Below are positions 1 to 9,361 of a stretch of 64,000 bases of DNA, piece after piece. The stretch is taken from NCBI GenBank assembly GCA_965207915.1, contig OZ242304.1:92524-156523 (forward strand), given 5' to 3'. The notes beneath the pieces are model-generated. The model saw only the letters and a program-made list of their open reading frames with translations, had not been told where the DNA came from and made no database searches. The position numbers were made by a program, and so were the translations under genes. The stretch's first letter is position 1. Every line of letters starts with the position of its first letter. Source of the DNA: Chloroflexota bacterium. GTDB taxonomy: Bacteria > Chloroflexota > UBA11872 > VXNJ01.

Positions 1-85
1 GTCGCGAATAATGTCACTGGGTACCGGGAGCCGCGTTGCAGCACCCGGCTAGGACTTCGGCGCAGCGTGAGGGGCAAGGGCACAG

Positions 86-1264
86 GTGATAACCAGATTC
101 GGAACTCTCTTCGCCGGTCACGTCGATCTGGAGGACATCGGCCTGGCCGGAATCCCGGTAAACGATCGCTGGCTGCCCGACGATCAGTTGGCGACGGTAT
201 TCGAGAAGGCCGAGTCGATCGCGGTGCTGATGGACGACTGCGGGTACGACACGTTCTGGCTGGCCGAACACCACTTCCAGCGCGAAGGCTACGAGTGCAT
301 CCCCAATCTGCTGCTCTTCGGGGTCCATCTCTGTCACTTGACGGAAAAGATAAGGATCGGCTGCGGCTTCAACATCGCCCCGATGTGGAACCCGTTGCGC
401 CTGGCCGAGGACTACGCGACGGCCGACATTCTGACCGGTGGCCGGGTCATCTTCGGGGTTGGCAGGGGATATCACACGCGCGAGGTCGAATCGTTCGGCG
501 CGCCGATGCTCGACCAGGACGCCAACCGCGATCTTTTCGAAGAACAGGTCGACATAATCTTCAAGGCCTTCAACAGCCGATCGTTCTCGCACCGCGGTCC
601 CAACTACACGATTCCGCCCCCGGTCCCCTACCGCGGCTACCAGTTGGAGGAAATCACCCTCGTGCCGCGGCCCGCAAACCTCCCGGTCGAGTGCTACCAG
701 CCCCTGGTCAGCGCCAGCCCGCGCGGGATCGACTTCATGATCAAACACGGAATCAAGGGCATGCTGGGCGGCGGGGCGGCACCCGGCGGTGCCGCCGACC
801 GGGTAGTTGCGGCGTGGCGCGATGCGCTCGCCCGATCAGGCCGCGAAACCGAGCTGGGCCAGGACCTGATCATCGGGTTTTCGGTCCACCTGGCCGACAC
901 CGAGGCAAAGGCCATCGCCGAGGCCGAGCGGTTCGCCGAGGAGGACATGAAGATGTTCGCCCCGCTGGGGTTTCGCAAACTCTCCGACGAGCATCTGGCC
1001 GCGCTCGGGGACCCTTCCGCGGCGGTGGGGGCGGGCCTGCCCACGGTCCGCGACGGGGTGGCGGCGGGCTCCTGGCTGTGCGGGCCGCCCGATCTGGTCG
1101 CCGAAAAGATCTTCGATGTCCAGGAGCGCTACCCGGGCCTGGCGGAAATCAACGTCGGGTCGGTCATTGGCACGCCGAAGGACGTGATCCTGGAGCAGTT
1201 GGGCTGGTTTGCCGAAGACGTAATGCCGCGATTCAAGTCCCAGGCCGACCACAAATCTAGCTGA
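86..1264 (+). CDS. LLM-class (luciferase-like) flavin-dependent oxidoreductase
   Basis: 392-aa ORF with a GTG start. GYDTFWLAEHHF and GGRVIFGVGRGY segments are typical of the bacterial luciferase-like monooxygenase family. The overlapping ORFs 14..748(-) and 67..1260(+) are Arg/Pro/Gly-rich shadow frames. Confidence 0.85.
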   Translation: MITRFGTLFAGHVDLEDIGLAGIPVNDRWLPDDQLATVFEKAESIAVLMDDCGYDTFWLAEHHFQREGYECIPNLLLFGVHLCHLTEKIRIGCGFNIAPMWNPLRLAEDYATADILTGGRVIFGVGRGYHTREVESFGAPMLDQDANRDLFEEQVDIIFKAFNSRSFSHRGPNYTIPPPVPYRGYQLEEITLVPRPANLPVECYQPLVSASPRGIDFMIKHGIKGMLGGGAAPGGAADRVVAAWRDALARSGRETELGQDLIIGFSVHLADTEAKAIAEAERFAEEDMKMFAPLGFRKLSDEHLAALGDPSAAVGAGLPTVRDGVAAGSWLCGPPDLVAEKIFDVQERYPGLAEINVGSVIGTPKDVILEQLGWFAEDVMPRFKSQADHKSS

Positions 1265-1272
1265 GCGGATCG

Positions 1273-2766
1273 CTAACCGGTACGGGCCCGTCCGCGGCGC
1301 GGCCGGCCGCGGGCACTTCCAATTGAGGGAAGATCCCCGCCCTTGAAGAACGAGGCGACCGCGCCCAGCAGCAGCAAGCACCCGGTACCGGTGTACAGCA
1401 AATTCATGCCCGAGACGAATGCGGCTCCGGCTCCGGAACCATCGGCGCTGGCCACACCACGCAAATCGGGGGCGAACCCCATCCCCGCCATGGTCGCGGC
1501 CACGACTGCGGTTCCGAGAGCAATTGAAGTGACGTTGGCCGAATTGCGGACCAGGCTCAGCAGTGCCGAGACGATGCCGTGGCGCGCCGAGCTGGAGGCG
1601 CTGAAAATCGATGCCGAATTAGGCGATGAGAACAGTCCGCTGCCGGCGCTTTGGACGACCAGGGCCGCGATGATGAGTGCCACCGGAGTCGACTCGGAAA
1701 CCCTCGAGATAACAAAGATGCCGACCGCGGCGATCACCAGCCCCAGGACGTTGAAGATTCGATAGCCGAAGCGGTCCGACAGTCGCCCCGCGATCGGCCC
1801 GGTGATGGTCATGGTCACCGCGGTGGGAAGCATGATCAGGCCCACCTGACCGGCCGGAAAACCCAGGACTCCCTGCAGGTAGAAGGGCATGAGAAAGCGG
1901 ACCGATCCGGTGCTCAGAAATGACATGAACGAGGCCAGGACGCCCAGTGAAAAGACGCGGTTTCGAAAAAGTCCGAGATCCAGCATCGGAGCCGCCGCTT
2001 TCGACTCCCAAACCAGAAAACCGGCTACCAGCGCCACGAAAAGCAATGCGGCCGCAATCGCGATTGGCGAATCCCAGCCCAGCCGGTTTCCGTTGGTCAT
2101 CAGCAGCAGGAAAGTCACCAGCGCGGCCGTCGAAAGCGTGGCTCCGGGCCAGTCGAATCCGATCCCGCGCTTCTCGCGGTGGAACAGCTTGGCGTCCAAC
2201 AAGAGCAGGGCCCCCAGCAGCGCGATTGAGGCCAGCGGCAGGTTGATCAGGAAGACCGACCGCCAGCCGAATGCGCTAACCAGCAACCCGCCGATTGCCG
2301 GGCCGGCCATCCCGCCGGCGCCGACCATGCTCATGTGACTCCCGATCCCCTTGCCGCGCTCGTCGTCGGGAAAGACCGTCGTGATCATGGCCATCGCCGT
2401 GCCCTGGGTCATGGCCGCCCCCACCCCCTGGACGACCCGGGAAAGTATCAGGAGCGTGACGTTTGGCGAGAGCGCGGCAAAGACTGAGGCTCCAACCAGA
2501 AAAAGCAGACCCGTCATGTAGACGCGCTTCCGCCCGACCAGGTCGCTGAGCCGGCCCATCGGCAACAGCAGTGCGCTGATCGTCAAGGTCTGGGCGATTA
2601 CGACCCACTGGATGGTTGGCAGGTCGCTGTCGAAGTGGTCCGCAATGGTGGGCAGGGCCACGTTGACCGACCCGAAAGTCATGACCCCGGTGAACGTGCC
2701 AAGGCCAACTGCGGCGAACACCCACCACTTGTAGTGGGGGCTGCCGGCCACGGCGCCGGCTAGCAA
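1273..2766 (-). CDS. MFS transporter (DHA2/EmrB-like drug:H+ antiporter type)
   Basis: 497-aa polytopic ORF. N-terminal region WWVFAAVGLGTFTGVMTFGSVNVALPTIADHF and the GRLSDLVGRKRVY motif-A-like loop fit MFS DHA2. The start is uncertain: TTG at 2766 or GTG at 2751. Confidence 0.85.
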   Translation of the reverse strand: MLAGAVAGSPHYKWWVFAAVGLGTFTGVMTFGSVNVALPTIADHFDSDLPTIQWVVIAQTLTISALLLPMGRLSDLVGRKRVYMTGLLFLVGASVFAALSPNVTLLILSRVVQGVGAAMTQGTAMAMITTVFPDDERGKGIGSHMSMVGAGGMAGPAIGGLLVSAFGWRSVFLINLPLASIALLGALLLLDAKLFHREKRGIGFDWPGATLSTAALVTFLLLMTNGNRLGWDSPIAIAAALLFVALVAGFLVWESKAAAPMLDLGLFRNRVFSLGVLASFMSFLSTGSVRFLMPFYLQGVLGFPAGQVGLIMLPTAVTMTITGPIAGRLSDRFGYRIFNVLGLVIAAVGIFVISRVSESTPVALIIAALVVQSAGSGLFSSPNSASIFSASSSARHGIVSALLSLVRNSANVTSIALGTAVVAATMAGMGFAPDLRGVASADGSGAGAAFVSGMNLLYTGTGCLLLLGAVASFFKGGDLPSIGSARGRPRRGRARTG

Positions 2767-2883
2767 TTAATGCCCGGAATTGGAACGCGCCGGGAATCGC
2801 AGTGAGGGAGTTGCGGGGCCGTCCGGCCGCGGTTGAGCGGGGTCACCACCAATGATTGCACCCGCCGCCGGACGGGTGTGGAG

Positions 2884-3357
2884 TTAGTAGGGAGTCTTGT
2901 CCTCCAGAGACTCCCACTCGCGGAACGCGGCGCTGGCTTCCGCCAGCGGGAGGCGGATAAGCGGCAGCGAGCGGTTCTCGATCGGCATCGAGATTTCCTG
3001 ATACAGCGATTCGTCGTCGAACCCTATCCGTGCCGCGTCGGCCCGGTCGTTGGCAAAGTAAACCCGGTCCAGTCGGGCCCAGTAAATCGCGGCCAGGCAC
3101 ATCGGACACGGTTCGCAACTGGTGTAGAGCTCGCACCCGGCCAGCGTGAAGGTCCCCAGCGCCCGGCAGGCGGCCCGGATGGCCACCACCTCGGCGTGCG
3201 CGGTGGGGTCGTTGGCGGACGTGACTTGGTTGAAACCTTCGGCGATTACGCGGCCGTTGCGCACCACCACCGCGCCGAAGGGCCCTCCCAGGCCGGCGCG
3301 CATGTTCGAGTGCGAGAGGTCGACCGCCCGCTTCATGAAGAATCTCGGTGAATTCAA
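2884..3357 (-). CDS. guaD: guanine deaminase (cytidine/dCMP deaminase zinc-binding fold)
   Basis: HAEVVAIR ... TSCEPCPMCLAAIYWARL zinc motifs. Collinear with Bacillus-type GuaD over its whole length (FMKRAV..GGPFGAVVV..NDPTAHAE). I place the start at TTG 3357, with GAGGAG 7 nt upstream (3365-3370 on the + strand as ctcctc), rather than at the ORF-track start 3525. Confidence 0.85.
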   Translation of the reverse strand: MNSPRFFMKRAVDLSHSNMRAGLGGPFGAVVVRNGRVIAEGFNQVTSANDPTAHAEVVAIRAACRALGTFTLAGCELYTSCEPCPMCLAAIYWARLDRVYFANDRADAARIGFDDESLYQEISMPIENRSLPLIRLPLAEASAAFREWESLEDKTPY

Positions 3358-3654
3358 TGTCCTGCTCCTCTTCGCCCCTGCCTCCGCAGTTCCTCGCGAT
3401 TCAATTCCGGCGCCAATCGATTCGTTTCCGGCAATTCCCGGCCGGGCGCTTTTTTCGGATCCGTTTCGTCGGTCCGCTGCCATGGCCCGGTCCTTGATTT
3501 TTTTGACCGCACATTCCGGGAACATCTTCGCACGTTTGCAAAATCGCAGCGGGACGCGACCGAGCCGCGAGCTCTTCGCCGGTGGATCCGCGCTTTTCGT
3601 GCGAGCAGTATCTTTATTTGATATGACCAGGACCGGGAAATCTGCGGGGAGTTA

Positions 3655-5067
3655 GTGGCGGTCAGATTCACCCTCAACGGGCGGCCGAGGCAGACAACGG
3701 GCGTTGCCCCATCGGCCACGGTGCTCGACTATCTGCGCGATCGGATGGCGCTCAAGGGCACCAAGGAAGGCTGTGCCGAGGGAGATTGCGGCGCCTGTAC
3801 GATCGTGACCGCCATCGACAACCGGGCCGGTGGCGGTGTGCAGGCGGTCAATTCGTGCCTGATGCTGGTGCCGCAACTGGACGGCAAGGCGGTGCTCACC
3901 GTCGAGGGGCTTGAACGCGAGGGCGGGGACTTGCATCCGGTCCAGAGGTCGCTGCTGGATTCGCATGGCACCCAATGCGGCTTCTGCACGCCGGGAATCG
4001 TGATGGCGCTGTACGCCTACCAACACTCGGGCGATCCGCGCGACGACTCCAACATCCACGAATCCCTGGCAGGGAATCTCTGTCGCTGCACCGGTTACCG
4101 CCCAATCGTCGAGGCGGCGCTGCGCCTCCCCGATCCGGTCCCGCCGGCGCCCGCCAACGGTTCACCACCGACCCGGTCCGGCGGATGGAGCTACGAATGC
4201 GGCGGCGAGAACTTCCACGCGCCCGCGAGCTTGGCCGAACTTCTCGCGCTGCGGTCGGAGCACCCCGGAGCATATCTGCTCGGTGGTGGGACCGACCTGG
4301 GATTGCTGGCCAGCAAGGAGCGGCGGCGGTTCGGCGAAATCATCTGGACGCGCCGCGTCCCCGAGCTCGGCCGCATCCGGATCTCGGAGCGGGAGCTGGT
4401 GGTCGGCGCGGCCGCGACCTACACCGAGGCGCTGCCGGCATTTGATGCGAACCTGCCCGAGTTGGGAGGGTTGGTCCGCCGCATCGGCTCGCCACAGATC
4501 CGCAACCTGGGGACGCTGGGCGGCAACGTTTGCACGGCTTCTCCGATCGGTGACACCCTGCCGCCGCTGCTGGCGCTGGGCTCGCAGATGGACGTCCGGT
4601 CGGTGCGCGGCCGACGTCGCATCTCCGCCGACGAGTTCTTCACCGGATACCGCCAGACCGCCTTGGCGGACGACGAAGTACTCGAAGCGGTCAGATTGCC
4701 GCTGCCGCGCCGCGGCGAAATCTTTCGTACCTACAAGGTCGCCAAACGGTTCGACCAGGACATAGCGGCCCTGATCGGGGCATTTGCGATCGCTATCGAG
4801 AACGGCGAAATCCGCACCGCGCGGGTTGCCTACGGCGGGATGGCCGCGACCCCGGCACGCGCCCCGGCCTGCGAGGCCGTGCTGGCCGGGTCACCCTGGT
4901 CCGCCGAGACGATTGAGGCCGCGGCGGCGGCGCTGGAGCGGGATTTCAATCCGATTTCCGATCTCCGGGCAGGCGCGGCCTATCGGCAACGAGTGGCGGG
5001 CAATCTCCTGCGGCGCCTTTACGCCGAACTGGAATTGACTCCCGCAACGGACCTGATGGACCTGTGA
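3655..5067 (+). CDS. xdhA: xanthine dehydrogenase small subunit (2Fe-2S + FAD-binding)
   Basis: N-terminal [2Fe-2S] motifs GCAEGDCGACTV-type (CAEGDCGACTIV) and CGFCTPG, then NLCRCTGYRPI. An FAD-binding domain follows (GGTDLGL). GTG start preceded by GGGGAG. Confidence 0.9.
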   Translation: MAVRFTLNGRPRQTTGVAPSATVLDYLRDRMALKGTKEGCAEGDCGACTIVTAIDNRAGGGVQAVNSCLMLVPQLDGKAVLTVEGLEREGGDLHPVQRSLLDSHGTQCGFCTPGIVMALYAYQHSGDPRDDSNIHESLAGNLCRCTGYRPIVEAALRLPDPVPPAPANGSPPTRSGGWSYECGGENFHAPASLAELLALRSEHPGAYLLGGGTDLGLLASKERRRFGEIIWTRRVPELGRIRISERELVVGAAATYTEALPAFDANLPELGGLVRRIGSPQIRNLGTLGGNVCTASPIGDTLPPLLALGSQMDVRSVRGRRRISADEFFTGYRQTALADDEVLEAVRLPLPRRGEIFRTYKVAKRFDQDIAALIGAFAIAIENGEIRTARVAYGGMAATPARAPACEAVLAGSPWSAETIEAAAAALERDFNPISDLRAGAAYRQRVAGNLLRRLYAELELTPATDLMDL

Positions 5068-7388
5068 AGACCATCGCCGGCCCGCGGGGGGCCGCCCACG
5101 CGGCGCTGGCGCACGACAGCGCGGCCAACCACGTCCGCGGGCGGTCGGTATTCATCGACGACATGCCCGAGCCGGCTGGTACCCTGCACGCGGCGATCGT
5201 GCTGAGCCCGCACGCGCGGGCGCGGATCAATTCGATCGATGCCGGTGCGGCGCTGGCCCAAGACGGCGTTCACGCGGCCCTGACCGCCGCCGACATACCG
5301 GGGGCGAACGACGTCGCACCGATATTTGCCGGGGAACCGCTACTCGCCGACGTCGAAGTCAGCTACTGCGGCCAGCCGGTGGCGATCGTCGCCGCCGAAG
5401 ACTTGGACAGCGCGAGATCCGCAGCCGCCCTGGTGAGGGTCGAATACGAACCGCTGGAGCCGCTGCTTGCAATCGAAACCGCGCTCGAGCGCGGTCAATT
5501 CACGAGTCCCCCGCAGACGATCGAACGGGGAGATCCGCGCAGGGCCATCGCGTCCGCCCGGCACCGGATCGCGGGAACGTTCAGGTGCGGCGGCCAGGAC
5601 CACTTCTACCTGGAAGGGCAAATCGCGTTGGCGGTGCCGCAGGAGGACGGGCACATGCTGGTCTACTCCTCCACCCAGCACCCTACCGAGGCCCAGCACG
5701 TTATCGCCAACGTGCTCGGGCTGGCGGCCAACGCGGTCACGGCCGAGACCCGCCGGCTCGGTGGGGGATTCGGTGGCAAGGAGAGCCAGGCGACCGCGAT
5801 TGCGGCCCTGGCCGCGCTGACCGCTTCCGCCACCCAAAGGCCGGTCAAGCTCCGCCTGGTCCGCGATCAAGACATGGTCGCCACCGGCAAGCGACACGAC
5901 TTCCTTTTCCACTACGAAGCCGGTTTCGACGACCGGGGCCGGATCGAAGGGATCGAACTGGTGCTGGCCAGCCGCGCCGGGAACGTCGCCGATCTCTCAT
6001 CGGCGGTGCTGAACCGCGCCGTCCACCACGCCGACAACTGCTATTTCCTACCGAACGTTTCGGTGCGCGGCTACCCCTGCCGGACCAACACCGTCTCCAA
6101 CACCGCCTTCCGCGGGTTCGGCGGTCCGCAGGGGATGCTGGCCATCGAGGGCGTGATCGACCACATCGCCCGTGATCGCGGGCTGGACCCGGATGCGGTG
6201 CGGGAGGCCAATTTCTACGCCCCGGGCGAACGCAACGTCACCCACTACGGCCAGGTGCTCGAGGACAACATCATCGCCGAGATGGTCGGGCGCCTCAGCC
6301 GGTCAGCGGACTACGCGGATCGCAAACGCGCGGTGGCCGAGTTCAACCGCGGCAGCCGAATCCTGAAAAAGGGGATCGCGCTGATGCCGGCCAAGTTCGG
6401 GATCTCGTTCAACGTCGTCCATCTCAACCAGGCCGGGGCGCTGGTGCATGTTTACACCGACGGGACGGTGCACCTCAGCCACGGCGGAATCGAAATGGGC
6501 CAGGGCCTCTTCGTGAAGGTCGCCCAGGTGGTGGCCTCGGTCTTTCAAATCGACATTGACCGGATCAAGAACGCCGCAACCAGCACCGCCCAGGTGCCCA
6601 ACACGTCCGCGACGTCGGCGTCGTCGGGTTCGGACCTGAACGGAATGGCGGCGCGCGATGCGGCCCTGAAGATCCGCGCGCGCATGGCCGCGGTGGCGGC
6701 CGAACATTTCGACGTGGATCAGGACCAGGTCCAATTCCGGCGCAACGTGGTGCGGGCCGGGCAATCCGAGGTCGAATTTGCCGAGCTCGCCGAGATGGCC
6801 TGGCGCCGGCGGGTCTCGCTCTCGGCGACCGGTTACTACGCGACCCCGAAAATCGGCTGGGACGAGCGTCGGGAAGCCCCGCGGCCATTCTTCTATTTCT
6901 GCTACGGCGTGGGGATCTCCGAGGTCGCCATCGACACCCTGACCGGCGAGACAAGGGTCCTGCGGACCGACATCCTCCAGGACTGCGGCGCTTCGCTGAA
7001 TCCCGCGATCGACATGGGGCAGATCGAAGGCGGATTTGTCCAGGGCATGGGCTGGCTGACGATGGAGGAACTCTGCTGGGACGAGCAGGGAGCGCTCCTT
7101 ACCCACGGTCCTTCGACCTACAAGATTCCCGGCAGCCGCGACGTGCCGCCGGTGTTTAACGTGCAAATCCTGGAGGATGCGCCCAACCGCGAACCGACGA
7201 TCTTCCGTTCCAAGGCCGTGGGCGAACCGCCGCTGATGCTTTCGATTTCGGTCTGGCTGGCCATCCGCGAGGCGGTCGCCGCCGCCGCCGGTCCCGAGGC
7301 GGCGCTGCGACTCGAGGCGCCGGCCACCGCCGAGGCCGTGCTCGCGGCGATCTGCGAATTCGACGGCCGCCGCGCCGGTCCGGGATAG
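5064..7388 (+). CDS. xdhB: xanthine dehydrogenase molybdopterin-binding subunit
   Basis: 774-aa ORF. Motifs GGGFGGKE, FRGFGGPQG and KAVGEPP are typical of the XDH/aldehyde oxidase Mo-pterin subunit. The GTG start overlaps the xdhA stop (GTGA at 5064-5067). Confidence 0.9.
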   Translation: MKTIAGPRGAAHAALAHDSAANHVRGRSVFIDDMPEPAGTLHAAIVLSPHARARINSIDAGAALAQDGVHAALTAADIPGANDVAPIFAGEPLLADVEVSYCGQPVAIVAAEDLDSARSAAALVRVEYEPLEPLLAIETALERGQFTSPPQTIERGDPRRAIASARHRIAGTFRCGGQDHFYLEGQIALAVPQEDGHMLVYSSTQHPTEAQHVIANVLGLAANAVTAETRRLGGGFGGKESQATAIAALAALTASATQRPVKLRLVRDQDMVATGKRHDFLFHYEAGFDDRGRIEGIELVLASRAGNVADLSSAVLNRAVHHADNCYFLPNVSVRGYPCRTNTVSNTAFRGFGGPQGMLAIEGVIDHIARDRGLDPDAVREANFYAPGERNVTHYGQVLEDNIIAEMVGRLSRSADYADRKRAVAEFNRGSRILKKGIALMPAKFGISFNVVHLNQAGALVHVYTDGTVHLSHGGIEMGQGLFVKVAQVVASVFQIDIDRIKNAATSTAQVPNTSATSASSGSDLNGMAARDAALKIRARMAAVAAEHFDVDQDQVQFRRNVVRAGQSEVEFAELAEMAWRRRVSLSATGYYATPKIGWDERREAPRPFFYFCYGVGISEVAIDTLTGETRVLRTDILQDCGASLNPAIDMGQIEGGFVQGMGWLTMEELCWDEQGALLTHGPSTYKIPGSRDVPPVFNVQILEDAPNREPTIFRSKAVGEPPLMLSISVWLAIREAVAAAAGPEAALRLEAPATAEAVLAAICEFDGRRAGPG

Positions 7389-7519
7389 GGCCCCGGCGAC
7401 ATCTCCGGAAACCGGAACGGCAAACCGCTTTTCATTCGCGGCTCCGGCCCGCAGAATATCGGGCGCACGTGGAAGGGTGGCTTCCACGGCCCCAAGAACG
7501 CCCGCCCCGGAGGCATGCG

Positions 7520-8419
7520 ATGCGGCCCGTCCTGATCGATTGCGACCCAGGGACCGACGATGCCCTGGCGATTTTTGCGGCCCTTAATTCACCGGACCTG
7601 GAGGTCGTCGGAGTCACCACGGTGGGCGGCAACGCCTCGCTGGCCGATACGACCCGCAACGCCCTGGATCTGCTTGAGATTTGCGGCCGCGGCGACATAC
7701 CGGTCTGGCGCGGCGCGGCCGGGCCGCTGTCCGGAGAGTTCACCTACGCGTATGAGTTTCACGGCGCCGGCGGGATTGGGGCGCGGTTGCCGGCGGCGGC
7801 GGCCGGCGCGCGATCCGGCCCGGCCGATGAGGCGATCGCGGCCGCGGCGCGCCGGCGGCCGGGCGAATTGACCCTGATAGCGCTGGGCCCGCTCACCAAC
7901 GTTGCCGTCGCGCTCGGCAACTGGCCGGAACTGGCCGGCGATTTGGCCGAAATCCTCGTAATGGGCGGAGCGCTGCAGGTGCCCGGCAACGTCACCGCGC
8001 ACGCCGAATTCAACATATACAACGACCCCCGGGCCGCCGTCGCCGTGTGTTCGAGCGGCGTCCCGGTCGCGCTGGTCGGGCTCGACGTGACCACCGCGGT
8101 CTCGATCGACCGGTCCGCCGACCACTGGCGCGGGGGGCGGTCGCGGACCGCCGTGCAGGCGGGGCGGATCCTGGATACCTGGTTCGACACGCACCCCGAT
8201 TTCGACCGCTACGACCTGCACGATCCGCTGACCGTGGCCGCCGCGATCGATCCTGGGATTTGCGAATGGCGGAGCGGCAGGCTGGCGGTGGACTCCGGCG
8301 ACGGGCCGGAGCGGGGCAGGACCGTGCTGGAGGACGGTGACGGTTCGGATCGCGCCGCCGTCGGAGTCGACGCAGTTCGCGCCCTGGCGGTGATTGGGGA
8401 CTTAGTCCAAGGCGGCTGA
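7520..8419 (+). CDS. nucleoside hydrolase (inosine/uridine-preferring family)
   Basis: N-terminal DCDPGTDDALAI fingerprint of the IU-nucleoside hydrolase family. ATG at 7520 with GGAGG at 7509-7513. The longer ORF-track start (7469) lacks an SD. Confidence 0.85.
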   Translation: MRPVLIDCDPGTDDALAIFAALNSPDLEVVGVTTVGGNASLADTTRNALDLLEICGRGDIPVWRGAAGPLSGEFTYAYEFHGAGGIGARLPAAAAGARSGPADEAIAAAARRRPGELTLIALGPLTNVAVALGNWPELAGDLAEILVMGGALQVPGNVTAHAEFNIYNDPRAAVAVCSSGVPVALVGLDVTTAVSIDRSADHWRGGRSRTAVQAGRILDTWFDTHPDFDRYDLHDPLTVAAAIDPGICEWRSGRLAVDSGDGPERGRTVLEDGDGSDRAAVGVDAVRALAVIGDLVQGG

Positions 8420-8427
8420 ACGGCCGT

Positions 8428-9219
8428 CTACAAGGCGGTGTAACCCCCGTCCACCATCAGCGGCGCGCCGGTGACGAACGATGATTCATCGGACGCCAGG
8501 AACAGGGCCGCCTGTGCGATCTCCTCGGGTTTGCCAAGTCGGCCGATGGGGTGTCGGTCGATCAGCTTCTGGTGCATCGCCGGGTCGGCGATAAGGGTTT
8601 CGATCAGGTTCGATTCGACGTACCCCGGACAGATGCAGTTGACGCGGATTCCGTCGGCGGCCAACTGGGTAGCCATGTTGCGGGTCAGTTGCACGACGCC
8701 GCCCTTGGACGGAGGGTAGGGATTGAACGCCCCCAGAATGCTGGGAATCTCGCGAGGATAGCCGACGACCCCGATGATCGAGGCCAGATTGACGATCGAT
8801 CCGCCGCCGCGGCGCAGCAGCTGCGGGACGGCGAATTTGCTCACCCGGTAGGTGCCGGTCAGATTGACATCGAGCACCGCGTCCCAGACTTCGTCTTCGT
8901 CGGCTTCGGGGCTGGTGGCGTTGCGCGGCGACACCCCGGCGCTGTTGACCACCACATCCAACCCGCCGAAGGAATCAATTGCCGCCGCAACCATTGCCTC
9001 GGCGTCTTCGGAACGGGTGACATCGCCGGCCGCGCAAACGGCTTGGCCGCCGGCGGAATTGATCTGATCGGCGGTCCGTCGGGCCGAATCCTCGGACTTG
9101 TCGGCGACGACGACCTGGGCGCCCTCTCGGGCGAACAGTACCGCCGTTGCGCGGCCGATTCCGGAACCGCCCCCGGTAACCAGGGCAACTTTCTTGGCGA
9201 GCCTCACGAGTTTCTCCAT
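8428..9219 (-). CDS. SDR family oxidoreductase
   Basis: VALVTGGGSGIGRA Rossmann motif, NSAG, and a YPPSKGG active-site Y..K. Start taken at MEKLV (9219); the upstream 72 codons of the ORF are low-complexity. Confidence 0.85.
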   Translation of the reverse strand: MEKLVRLAKKVALVTGGGSGIGRATAVLFAREGAQVVVADKSEDSARRTADQINSAGGQAVCAAGDVTRSEDAEAMVAAAIDSFGGLDVVVNSAGVSPRNATSPEADEDEVWDAVLDVNLTGTYRVSKFAVPQLLRRGGGSIVNLASIIGVVGYPREIPSILGAFNPYPPSKGGVVQLTRNMATQLAADGIRVNCICPGYVESNLIETLIADPAMHQKLIDRHPIGRLGKPEEIAQAALFLASDESSFVTGAPLMVDGGYTAL

Positions 9220-9361
9220 GGATTGCGGACCTGGATCGTAGCGGCCTATTCTCCAATTGAATCGGCGACGGTTCCGGGAGTCCGCGGCGTGCCGCCTGGG
9301 AACGGCAACGTGCGGGGAGGCGCGGGGGAAGTCTTCGGGGTCGGATCGGTAACCTGACAGA

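Noticed and set aside
14-1260. Long ORFs 14..748(-) and 67..1260(+) overlapping the LLM oxidoreductase gene.
   Set aside because: They are Arg/Pro/Gly-rich, low-complexity translations with no family resemblance. This is the typical shadow-frame pattern of a GC-rich gene whose real frame (86..1264) has clear homology.
3358-3654. Possible purine riboswitch or regulator site in the 297-nt guaD/xdhA divergent region.
   Set aside because: I could not recognise the conserved purine-riboswitch core or a convincing three-way junction. The only feature is an AT-rich patch (TATCTTTATTTGATATGAC) that is probably promoter DNA.
6303-7487. 394-aa antisense ORF across xdhB. Similar long shadow ORFs: 14709..15806(-), 17815..18885(-), 36244..37431(-), 40799..42046(-), 53688..54935(+), 56468..57916(+), 60602..61810(+).
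   Set aside because: Each one overlaps a gene with strong motif-level support on the other strand or frame, and each translates to RGPA-rich low-complexity sequence. I treat them as GC-driven open frames, not genes.
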